A stretch of DNA of 31,580 bases from a virus (lineage: Duplodnaviria; Caudoviricetes): IMG/VR virus record IMGVR_UViG_3300026851_000046, positions 1 through 31,580 of that record. One strand, given 5' to 3'. This document shows, one piece after another, positions 16,801 through 24,801 of this stretch. The notes below the pieces were generated by a model, which saw nothing but the letters and a program-made list of their open reading frames with translations, was not told the DNA's origin and made no database searches. The position numbers and the translations under genes are program-made. Position 1 is the stretch's first letter. Every line of letters begins with the position of its first letter.

Positions 16801-17085
16801 ATGAAAGCGACGAACATCTCCAAGGGGCCGCGCGGCCTTCACTCCATCGTCGGACCGGTTCTGGTTGAGCCGGGCGAAACCGTCGAGGTCGAAATCTCCG
16901 AGGTTGAACTGAAGGTGTCCAAGGGCACCGGCTGGTTCGAGTTCGACGGCGAGGCAGTCGACGCTGGCGAGAAACTGGACCGAGAAGAACTGAAAAAGCA
17001 GGCTGATGAGCTGGGCTTGGATTACGCCAAGAACATCTCCGATGCGAAGCTTAAGGCTCTGATCGACGCCAAGCTGGCCGAGTGA
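16801..17085 (+). CDS. post-capsid small protein with HeH/LEM-like C-terminus
   Basis: REELKKQADELGLDYAKNISDAKLKALI. Confidence 0.75.
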   Translation: MKATNISKGPRGLHSIVGPVLVEPGETVEVEISEVELKVSKGTGWFEFDGEAVDAGEKLDREELKKQADELGLDYAKNISDAKLKALIDAKLAE

Positions 17086-17136
17086 TCACTACCCCGGCGG
17101 GCAACTGCCGGGGAAACCTTACCAACGGAGATCGAC

Positions 17137-17397
17137 ATGGCAACGAACCCCTTCAATCGCGGCGTGAACGTCGCCTCCGATCTTGTTCCGGTTACACCGA
17201 ACGACACCACCGATCTGGCAGAACCCGGCCGCGCCATTCGCTGCCGCCCCGATGGAGCCGCTGGAACACTCCGGTTCCGCAACAATGAAGGCGTTCTCCG
17301 CAACACGTACATCGATGCCGGAGAGACCATCCTTGTGGCTGTAACCCGCATTCATTCTGCCGGAACAACAGCAACGAACCTTGAGGTTCTGGTCTGA
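17137..17397 (+). CDS. head spike base protein (RcGTA Rcc01079-like)
   Basis: VTPNDTTDL...RAI...AGETILVAVTRIHSAGTTATN. Confidence 0.75.
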   Translation: MATNPFNRGVNVASDLVPVTPNDTTDLAEPGRAIRCRPDGAAGTLRFRNNEGVLRNTYIDAGETILVAVTRIHSAGTTATNLEVLV

Positions 17398-17528
17398 TGG
17401 CTGGATACGGCACCAATGAAGGTTTTACGGCTTATGCCGAAGCCGCCGGTTATGTCTTCCCGGATGGCACGACTGAGCCGCAGAAGACAGCCGCCCGTCA
17501 GCGAGGGTCTTTGGTGATCGATCGGTTT
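17397..17528 (+). pseudogene. truncated head-tail adaptor (DnaT-like family) N-terminus
   Basis: MAGYGTNEGFTAYA...AARQRGSLVIDR then runs into the antisense HNH gene. Confidence 0.65.
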
Positions 17529-18225
17529 ATAGCCAGCCCCAAAGCGTGCCACGGTGAATGGAGGATACGGTCTGCCTGACTATGCCATACTCCTCGGCAA
17601 TCTCATGTTGTGTTCGGATGCCCTTGAGCGACCGAATGCGCAGGACGTCTTCCGTAGCGAGCTTTGACATACCGTGCCGGTCGCCTCTGTTGGACCGGCC
17701 GTGGGCCACTTTGTCCATTTCGTTTTCGCCTCTGGTCGCCCAGCGTAGGTGCTTAGGGTGAACGCAGCCGTTCTTGCCATTCCCACAAGAGTGGGCGGAA
17801 TCGTAAGACGGATCGGGAGGCTCGCCGTGGGCCATGGTGCACATAAGACGGTTGGCGGCTATCCGCCTATCTGGAAGAACAACCTCGCCATAGCCGTTCT
17901 GTCGTTCTCGGTAGGGCCATATAAGGCATTCATCACCTTCGTGTCCCACATGCGCCTCTAGCCATCTGAGCGCTTCCCCCTGCGCGGCCTTGCCGCCTAA
18001 AGGGTCGCCATGGTGTTGCCAGCGGTAATAGTGGCTTTTGCAATACCCCTTGCACTCTGCATCTTTGGTGCAGCCGGGGGCGGCGCAAGGAGCTTTGATA
18101 AATGGGCGCCGCGCAATCGTAGGGTCGCCATTCTTCAATAGGCGACGATAATGCTGATCGCAAAAGCCACGGGCTTGATGCGGGTTGCTGCATTCGGGAA
18201 TCGAGCATAAACGTGAACTAGCCAT
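17527..18225 (-). CDS. free-standing HNH homing endonuclease
   Basis: Two C-x4-C...GxCxxHY repeats; CLIWP...GYG...AHSCGNG...CVHPKHLRWAT...N; C-terminal HTH. Confidence 0.9.
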   Translation of the reverse strand: MASSRLCSIPECSNPHQARGFCDQHYRRLLKNGDPTIARRPFIKAPCAAPGCTKDAECKGYCKSHYYRWQHHGDPLGGKAAQGEALRWLEAHVGHEGDECLIWPYRERQNGYGEVVLPDRRIAANRLMCTMAHGEPPDPSYDSAHSCGNGKNGCVHPKHLRWATRGENEMDKVAHGRSNRGDRHGMSKLATEDVLRIRSLKGIRTQHEIAEEYGIVRQTVSSIHRGTLWGWL

Positions 18226-18323
18226 CTTGACCTCTCCAAAGGTTGGGCTTGGTTAGAACCCGCTTTGAGCGCTCCAACGTTCGGCGGGTTCGTCATTTCT
18301 ACCATACAGAACAGGATTGACCA

Positions 18324-18362
18324 ATGGCTGGCTACCTCACTGTCGATGCTATGAAGGCATAT
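18324..18362 (+). pseudogene. second adaptor-like gene start (MAGYLTVDAMKAY), truncated
   Basis: AGGA RBS + ATG; resembles MAGYGTNEGFTAY at 17397; joined out of frame to the tail gene. Confidence 0.55.
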
Positions 18363-18711
18363 CCAATCCATCGGGCCGGTCGGCGGCACGAACGCCATCA
18401 TTGACGTGCCGGATCTGGAAAGCGGCTGGATCATGGGCGCCAAGGGTGCCAAGACTGGCTCCGCCACGGCCATCTCCATGCGCGAGATCAAAGGCGATGC
18501 AGGGCAGGCGGCTGTTAAGGCGGCGGCCAAGGAAGGCCCGCATAACCTCTACTCGTTCAAGATCGTGGAGCCTGGCGCCAGCGGCGATGTGGAATACATC
18601 ACGGGCATTTGCCACGACTGGCAGCGCAATGAGCGGTCCACGACCAGCTATGCCGGATACACGTTCAGCATCCGTGCAAACTATGACAGCGTTGTCGCAG
18701 AGGCTCCCTGA
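18361..18711 (+). pseudogene. major tail (tube) protein, 5' end deleted
   Basis: IQSIGPVGG...VPDLESG...KG...D.GQ...GI; position before tail chaperones; no proper start. Confidence 0.7.
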
Positions 18712-19157
18712 TGGATTTTTCGCAATTCGACAGCCGTAAGGCATCCGAGAAGCCGCGCGCGCTTCACCTGAAGCACCCCGGCACGGGCAAACTTCTCTTT
18801 GACGAGGACGACAAGACGAAGCCCTGTCGGGTTCTCGTTCTCGGCATCGAGGGGGCGACGGGTCAAACATCCATCCTCGAAAGCCAGCGCGCGCGCATGA
18901 AAGAAGATCGATCGGCCGGCGAGCCTGTCACGGTCGAATCCATCCATGCCAACCTCGTGAAGGACTTCGCGCCTCTGGTCGTCGGCTTCGAGAACATTAG
19001 CCGCGGCAACAAGGCAGCGAAAGCACCTGATGACGTCGAGTGGTTCCTGAACCTGCAGGTAGTCAACGGCAATCGGGCGCAGAAATCCTTTGTCGAGCAG
19101 GTGAGGGACTTCGCTACCGACCGGGCGGCTATCCTGGGAAACGAGAGCGCCAGCTAG
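18711..19157 (+). CDS. tail assembly chaperone (lambda G-like)
   Basis: Follows tail tube gene; ends in slippery G GGA AAC. Confidence 0.8.
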   Translation: MDFSQFDSRKASEKPRALHLKHPGTGKLLFDEDDKTKPCRVLVLGIEGATGQTSILESQRARMKEDRSAGEPVTVESIHANLVKDFAPLVVGFENISRGNKAAKAPDDVEWFLNLQVVNGNRAQKSFVEQVRDFATDRAAILGNESAS

Positions 19158-19504
19158 TCTTGGCTGCCCAGCAACTCGGCTGGCTGGCGTCTACGATCAC
19201 GAACGAGAAGATGAGCCGGGGGCAGAAATACCTCGTCTCAGGCGTCACCCCGCCAATGCCTGATTTGGAAGCGGGGGAGTATCTGCTTGATGCCTTGAAA
19301 GAACTCGGTCCGATCCGTTCAAACGGCATGGGCCTTGGAACGCCTGACTGGCAGGAGCTGGTAGCCTTCGCAGCAGCAAATGACCTCGCGCTCCAGCCTT
19401 GGGAGTTTCGGCTTATTCGGAAGATGGCGGCGGCTTATCTGTCAGGTTTCAACTCGGGGAAAGAGCCTTTGAGCATTCCGCCGATGGAGCGGGAGGCAGA
19501 CTAG
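19136..19504 (+). CDS. -1 frameshift extension of the tail chaperone (lambda GT-like)
   Basis: GGGAAAC at 19136-19142; -1 frame open to 19504 with WQEL.AF...L.PWE motif. Confidence 0.8.
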   Translation, partial: GKRERQLVLAAQQLGWLASTITNEKMSRGQKYLVSGVTPPMPDLEAGEYLLDALKELGPIRSNGMGLGTPDWQELVAFAAANDLALQPWEFRLIRKMAAAYLSGFNSGKEPLSIPPMEREAD

Positions 19505-19507
19505 ATG

Positions 19508-19528
19508 AAAAGGCGGCTTCGGCCGCCT
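19508..19528 (-). terminator. terminator for the antisense moron
   Basis: AGGCGGC-TTCG-GCCGCCT preceded by an A tract. Confidence 0.7.
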
Positions 19529-19628
19529 CAACTGTTTTAGGAGATGGATATGAACGCCGAGACACGAAAAGATGTCCCGATTTTTGACCCGAAGAAGGAA
19601 AGCTACGAATCCTTCGTGGCTAGGGTCG

Positions 19629-19937
19629 TCAAACCTTCGAAATAGCTTCAGCCAGCTTTTTCATTTCTCCCTTCGGTAAAGACATCACTAGAAGTGCTTT
19701 ACCGAACCCCAAGCGTAAACGTGGGTCTCCTGTTTCTTGGTCGATCTCGATAGTTATGGCGTCAGGGTAGATCACGGCTCCTCCGAGCGGGGTGAAATCA
19801 CCGGTTTGCTTTGAGTGATTCTGCATCTTCGCAAGAAGATTGGAAATAAACGCGCTCGCTACTTCCGACCTTATCGCCTCGCGCTCTGATCCGACTTGAA
19901 ACTCAACGCTGCCATCCGGCAGAACTTTGGTATCCAT
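19629..19937 (-). CDS. antisense moron, hypothetical
   Basis: 102 aa, AAGGAG RBS, own terminator. Confidence 0.7.
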   Translation of the reverse strand: MDTKVLPDGSVEFQVGSEREAIRSEVASAFISNLLAKMQNHSKQTGDFTPLGGAVIYPDAITIEIDQETGDPRLRLGFGKALLVMSLPKGEMKKLAEAISKV

Positions 19938-20101
19938 GCATTACTCCTTTGGCTTGGCAAGCGAAAAGGAGCACGGATGCAATCGGGAGTCGAGTCAGTC
20001 TTTGGGAGACTTGCAAAGCCCTTCACCTGATGGCATGGTGCAGGCATTGAGTTACGCCGAGAGTTCTCAAATCAACCTCGGGCGCGGAAGCGGGCTTGGC
20101 A

Positions 20102-20151
20102 GGCAAGGCGAGGCATGGTCTGGTGAGTTAAGGCCAGTCATGGCAAGTCAG
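20102..20151 (+). repeat. ten exact-period 5-nt units G(G/T)Y-NN
   Basis: GGCAA GGCGA GGCAT GGTCT GGTGA GTTAA GGCCA GTCAT GGCAA GTCAG. Confidence 0.85.
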
Positions 20152-20176
20152 GGCGATCTTTCGGGGTCGCCTTTTT
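20152..20176 (+). terminator. Rho-independent terminator
   Basis: GGCGATCT-TTCG-GGGTCGCC then TTTTT. Confidence 0.8.
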
Positions 20177-20637
20177 CATTCGTATTCCCAGGGCTGCTTT
20201 TCCAGTTCTTCCGACCTGTCTGCCTCATTGTCCTCTTCGATCTGGTCGAGCAACTGAGCCATCGCCTTAATCTGGGCTGGTACAGCTTCGTCTGCCAAAA
20301 GCATATGCGATATTGATCTGGCGAGCAGCACAAGCGTCCGGTGCTCTCGTTTCATCTGCTGCACGATCAGGTCTTGCTTGTTGATCGTGTCGATGAGTTC
20401 ATTTCGCTCTCGGTTGTTCTGCTCGTACATGTCTTCGAAGAACGCGAGCCGCTCTTTGTCGCTCATACTGAGATCGAAGCTGCTTTCGAGGCGAGCAACG
20501 ATTTCTTGGTTCATCGATCGTCCGGCATCTTCGGCAGCCTCTTTGATGCGGTCCCGCATGCCGTCAGGGAACCGGATCATGTACTGATCTTGCTTGTCGC
20601 TGGGGTAGGCTTTTTTCATCTCAGCACTCCGCTTCAT
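20176..20637 (-). CDS. Arc/Mnt-family repressor with C-terminal coiled coil
   Basis: QDQYMIRFPDGMRDRIKEAAEDAGRSMNQEIVARLESSF. Confidence 0.88.
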   Translation of the reverse strand: MKRSAEMKKAYPSDKQDQYMIRFPDGMRDRIKEAAEDAGRSMNQEIVARLESSFDLSMSDKERLAFFEDMYEQNNRERNELIDTINKQDLIVQQMKREHRTLVLLARSISHMLLADEAVPAQIKAMAQLLDQIEEDNEADRSEELEKQPWEYE

Positions 20638-20642
20638 AAAAA

Positions 20643-20717
20643 TAGCGAGTAGCTATGTTTTGCTATTGCATCAATCCTCGCGACTCGCTATGTATAAAAA
20701 CGTAGCGAGTAGCTATG
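20643..20717. promoter_or_regulatory. three Arc/Mnt-type operators over divergent promoters
   Basis: TAGCGAGTAGCTATG at 20643 and 20703; inverted TAGCGAGTCGCGA at 20678-20690; TTGCAT-N17-TATGTA. Confidence 0.75.
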
Positions 20718-20718
20718 A

Positions 20719-20889
20719 ATGGAGATAGGGAAATTGAAAGCTGAAAAGCAAGTGAATTTCCGAATGCCAGACGACTTGAAGACCAAAGTTAAGGAGTCTG
20801 CAGAACGGAACAGGCGCACCCTCACGGCAGAGATCATCGTGCTGCTTGAAGGAGCCCTTGAAAACGAAAAGAGCGGGACACCGGCCTGA
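20719..20889 (+). CDS. Arc-like repressor (56 aa, not in ORF track)
   Basis: Manual translation: MEIGKLKAEKQVNFRMPDDLKTKVKESAERNRRTLTAEIIVLLEGALENEKSGTPA. Confidence 0.85.
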   Translation: MEIGKLKAEKQVNFRMPDDLKTKVKESAERNRRTLTAEIIVLLEGALENEKSGTPA

Positions 20890-20943
20890 GAAACCGTCCC
20901 GCTCTTTCGAACCAATCACCCGTTAAAATGAAAGGTGTCCAAA

Positions 20944-21020
20944 ATGGACAATCAGGACAATAGCAAGTTTCCATCGGTAACGGAAGGCCGTATCGGCGGC
21001 AATCTTGTTCAGACGGTTGA
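20944..21020 (+). pseudogene. AntA/AntB-type antirepressor N-terminal stub
   Basis: ...EGRIGGNLVQTVD resembles the IG...VQTV(N/D)AR start of AntA/B proteins; position after arc. Confidence 0.6.
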
Positions 21021-22828
21021 CATCAATGCAACTGAGCCAGGTCGCGCAGCAGGCGTCAGTAACCGGCGACTGGCTTCAGGCGATCGCAATCCAGTTGCCA
21101 GATTTGGCTCTGGGGCTTGGACCTATCGGGATATTGGCCGGCGCGGCGGCAGGGGCTTTGCTCCCACTGGCGGCGAACTTTCTCACCGCGTCCGAAAACT
21201 CGGATACCCTAGAGAATTCAATGTCGCGCTTGGCAAAAGCCACAGACAGCTATGCCGAAGCTGTCGCTAACTCGTTGCTTTCTGCATCCGACTTGGTGGA
21301 GAAGTTCGGAGCGCAGGCCGAGGGCGCCAGCCGGGTTTACGACGCGCTTAGGAAGATTGCTGAACTCGATTTTGCCAAGGCCATGGGTGACGTTAAATCC
21401 GCCTTGGAAGGAACAATTCAGCCGCTAGATCAGTCTATAGAAAAGTTCGATCTGTTGGCGAAGTTGCCACGAATGCAGACAGACGGATTTGACGCTTATG
21501 CTGCCGAAGTCCAGAACCTAGCGAATGAGTTCGGCCTTACTGCTGAGCAAGGTCGCAAAGTCACCCAGGCGATGGACGATCTCTCCAACGCTCAAGGCCC
21601 GGTTGAAATTGCACAAGCCGCGATGCGCCTCGGGGATTCGCTGACTGACGCGGCCAATTCAGGAGCGAAGCTGTCGCCGGAGCTGCAGTCCGTACAGAGA
21701 GACGCCTACAAGGCCTCTGTCGATGCGGCTGAGTTCGCTCGCATGACAGGTCAAGCTGTTGGTCACGCCAATGAACTCGCAACAGCAGTAGGGGGTGTCG
21801 CTGATCAATACGCCAGAGCGGCAAATATCGCCGCTGCACTCAACGCTCAGGCTACAAAGGACATCTTGAGCCAGCTCGGGCCGCTCAATACCCTGAATGC
21901 TTTCGAGCGGACGCCTTTCAAAGACGAGATGCAGCTTCAGAACGAGCGTGCTGCGAACACGAAGAGTTTGTATCAGATCGAGGCTGAGCGAGAGGCAAAG
22001 CGGAACAGCCGTAGCGCCAACAGCGAAGCGAAGAAGTACGAGCGCGAGCGGCAAGCAGTTGCGGACCTCATTGACGAACTGAAGGAAGAACTCAGCCTCG
22101 TCGGCGCTACCGAGACCGCCAAGCGATCAGCAGCAGCGATCCGGCAGGCAGGTGCCGCAGCAACCGATCAGGAGCGAGAGGCAATCTCCAGCCTCATCAC
22201 CCAGATCGACGCCGAGCAGGAAGCCCGTGATCGCCAGATCGACACCATGGACCAGTATAAGGAATCGGTTGGTAGTGTTCTCGATGACATCCGCTCGGCC
22301 ATGTCTGACGGCAAAATCAGTTGGGACGAATGGGCCGATATCGCCCTGAACGCCCTCGATAAGGTGATAAGCCGCATTCAGGACGATCTGCTCGACGCAA
22401 TTTTCAGCGTCAATAAAGCTTCGTCCAGCGGCGGCGGTGGTGGCGGTCTTTTTAGCAGCTTGTTCAGCAGCATCTTTGGCGGTGGCACGGGCGGCTTTGC
22501 AAAGCTTCCAGCAGTCGGTCCCGTTCCGATTGCTCGTCCAAGCTTTGATGGAGGAGGCTACACTGGCTCCGGCGCGCGCGCGGGCGGCCTCGATGGCAAG
22601 GGCGGGTTCTGGGCGATGATGCACCCAGACGAGACCGTAATTGACCACACCAAAGGTCAGTCAGCATCGTCTCAAGCCGGCGGGGAGTCGAGAGTTGTCA
22701 TCGAACTGTCGCCGGACCTGGAGGGCAGGGTGATGCGGAACACCGCCCACCAGACCGTCCAAATTATGAAGCAAGACAAGAGAAACAGTTCCGACCGCTA
22801 CCAGAACGGAGGAAGTCAGAATGCCTGA
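21020..22828 (+). pseudogene. tape measure protein lacking its N-terminus
   Basis: Begins at SMQLSQVAQQ...AIQLPDL; Ala-rich helical; FDGGGYTG...GGLDGKGGF..MMHPDETVID C-terminus. Confidence 0.85.
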
Positions 22829-23471
22829 TCCAATAGCACTTCCCGCGATACCGTGGAATCAGGTTGACTTCGTCCCGGTCAGCCCTGTTTCCGCCAACCG
22901 CATGGAAGGCCGGCGCACGGAAGTTCAGGCTTTTGGAACTCCGTACTGGACTGCCAAGTATTCCACGGGAACTCTGCTCCCGGTCCAGTCCGGTCTTTTT
23001 GATGCGTTCATGATGAAGGCAGATGCCCGAGGCACAACGTTTCTTGGTTATGACGTCTGGCGCCCTCGACCAATCGCGATGGATACAGGCGCGCCTCTAT
23101 CCGGCACGAAAGCCGGAGGCGGTGCGTTCAACGGCCAGGTGTTCTTCCAGTCCGTTAGCGCAAACACGCTGTATCTCGGTGGTCTACCGGCCGGTTTCGT
23201 TTTCACACCCGGCGATTATGTCGAGGTGAGAGCCAGCGTTTTGAAGCGCTCCCTTCACCGCATCGTAGAGCCCGCCGTCGCGAGTTCTGGTGGGTTTGCG
23301 ACGGTTCAAATCATGTACCCGCTCGACACGCAGAACTTCAACGCCACATGCACGGGGCACCTCGAAAAGCCAGCGTGCGTCATGTTGATCGATCCCGGCA
23401 GTGCCCAAGCTTCAAAATCTCTTGGCAGTAGGGAAACGTCGTTCAGTGCGACTGAGGTATTCTTCTCATGA
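22821..23471 (+). CDS. distal tail protein-like
   Basis: 216 aa directly after TMP. Confidence 0.7.
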   Translation: MPDPIALPAIPWNQVDFVPVSPVSANRMEGRRTEVQAFGTPYWTAKYSTGTLLPVQSGLFDAFMMKADARGTTFLGYDVWRPRPIAMDTGAPLSGTKAGGGAFNGQVFFQSVSANTLYLGGLPAGFVFTPGDYVEVRASVLKRSLHRIVEPAVASSGGFATVQIMYPLDTQNFNATCTGHLEKPACVMLIDPGSAQASKSLGSRETSFSATEVFFS

Positions 23472-23540
23472 GCCTTGCTTACCCCATGGACCTGATCCGA
23501 TTTGAATATGGAGAGGCTGTCACCACCCGAAGCGTCGTGT

Positions 23541-23921
23541 TTAATTCGCCAAGTTCTTTCCCGGCGAGAGAAGGGTCTGGAAAGCTTTCTCCAGATGACT
23601 GGATTGTTCGTCTGCCGCCTGCCGAGTGGGAAACTCATGTGGGATTAGAAAATCAAGACGCATGTTCAGCGAATAAAGAATGAGGCGGACGATAAACCTG
23701 TCTCCCATCTGCGTTGTGACGACATCAATTCTGTCTGCGTAGAGGCCGCTTTGGACCTCTGGGTGCGTCATCATCGCGGACGCAAGGTAAGACAAGAGCT
23801 TGGCGGGGCTTTCTACCGGTATCTCAACCGTTGATTTCTTGCCTAACGAGTTTTGCCCCTTGAGGGAAAGCGACCCCGAAGACGGGTCGTAATTCAGATG
23901 ATCGATTGATTTGAGTTTCAT
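23541..23921 (-). CDS. antisense moron, hypothetical
   Basis: 126 aa inserted between tail genes. Confidence 0.65.
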   Translation of the reverse strand: MKLKSIDHLNYDPSSGSLSLKGQNSLGKKSTVEIPVESPAKLLSYLASAMMTHPEVQSGLYADRIDVVTTQMGDRFIVRLILYSLNMRLDFLIPHEFPTRQAADEQSSHLEKAFQTLLSPGKNLAN

Positions 23922-23973
23922 GGTCTGGCCCCCAGTTGAGGCGCTAGCGAACCATATCGAAGAGGATTCAGCA

Positions 23974-24213
23974 ATGCAGCACGTTCGTTACGAAATCGGG
24001 CGCCACTTTGACGAAAAAGGCAATCCGCTGGTCGTTGTCGATGGAAAGATTTTCGGTACGGTGGATGAAGTGAAAAAGCTCATCCAAACTTTCGAGGTCG
24101 ATGCGCTTCCCAATGCGTCAATATCCTTTATGACCCGCGATGAAGTGGCGCAGATGATCCGGGCGCATTGCAAGTCTCAGATCAATCTCGCGATTAATGG
24201 CGGGCAGTCATGA
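23974..24213 (+). CDS. small hypothetical protein
   Basis: GAGGA RBS, ATGA overlap with next tail gene. Confidence 0.55.
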   Translation: MQHVRYEIGRHFDEKGNPLVVVDGKIFGTVDEVKKLIQTFEVDALPNASISFMTRDEVAQMIRAHCKSQINLAINGGQS

Positions 24214-24797
24214 GCCTTGACCCCGTTGTTGCCGCCCAGATTGAGAAGGGACGTATCGCTCGTCTCGATCTGATCCGCTTCGACCTCCCCGGCAAGACAG
24301 TCGGTTATCATCGCGGTGGCCGCCCTTACGTTTACAATGGCCTTGTCTATCTGCCGAATCGGTTCTTGGACATAGGCAGCATGACGTCGGCTGTGGGTAC
24401 GGCGGTGACGACCCGCACGATCACGTTCTCGAATATCCCGGTCACAGACCCTGAAGATGCAATCGCCCGGATCGAGGAGTTCGATTATCAGAACAGCCCC
24501 GTCATAATTGCCCATCTCTGCGGTGTGCCGAACACGAACGAAGTCTTGGGTATCCTCGCATCGTCCATCTACGAGATTGACCAGGTGCGCTACAACAAGG
24601 GCGCTGTATCAGGCTCCGAGCGAACGCTGACGATGGAAATCGATCTGCAGCCGCCGGGACGCTCGGCGCGTGGCTCCACGGGCGTTAAGCGCTCCATCGC
24701 TGAACAGCAGTTCGACAATAGCCCCACAGACACCGGCCTCGAATATGTGGCCACCAACGCCAGCATTCCTGAGGAATGGGGCCAGAGGCAAGGCTGA
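24210..24797 (+). CDS. tail tip/hub protein (DUF2163-like)
   Basis: Position; QQF...DTGLEYV...WG C-terminus. Confidence 0.75.
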   Translation: MSLDPVVAAQIEKGRIARLDLIRFDLPGKTVGYHRGGRPYVYNGLVYLPNRFLDIGSMTSAVGTAVTTRTITFSNIPVTDPEDAIARIEEFDYQNSPVIIAHLCGVPNTNEVLGILASSIYEIDQVRYNKGAVSGSERTLTMEIDLQPPGRSARGSTGVKRSIAEQQFDNSPTDTGLEYVATNASIPEEWGQRQG

Positions 24798-24801
24798 CCA
24801 C

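Larger units (their letters stand above)
20046..20176 (+). ncRNA. putative small RNA with GGY-NN pentamer tract (guide-RNA-like)
   Basis: TTGCAA(20011)-N17-CATGGT promoter, structured leader, 10 pentamers, terminator. Confidence 0.6.

Noticed and set aside
12938..16842. Long antisense ORFs (12938..13909, 14193..15341, 15835..16842; likewise 8059..8973, 25408..26292, 27721..28746)
   Set aside because: Shadow frames of GC-rich real genes with no motifs.
17092..17113. Strong hairpin CCCCGGCGG-GCAA-CTGCCGGGG as a terminator
   Set aside because: No U tract on the coding strand; more likely an ordinary mRNA-stabilising stem after the capsid genes.
20093..20156. Pentamer tract as a CRISPR array or as coding sequence (ORF 19927..20316)
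   Set aside because: No 25-40-nt repeats with spacers and no cas genes. The ORF has no RBS or recognisable motif and crosses a terminator and an antisense gene.
20344..20376. 16/22 match of the pentamer RNA's gapped dinucleotide pattern to the adjacent Arc-family gene (CAA GAC CTG ATC GTG CAG CAG ATG AAA CGA GAG)
   Set aside because: Six mismatches. Similar partial matches occur in other helical coding regions (12/20 near 10755), so chance is sufficient.
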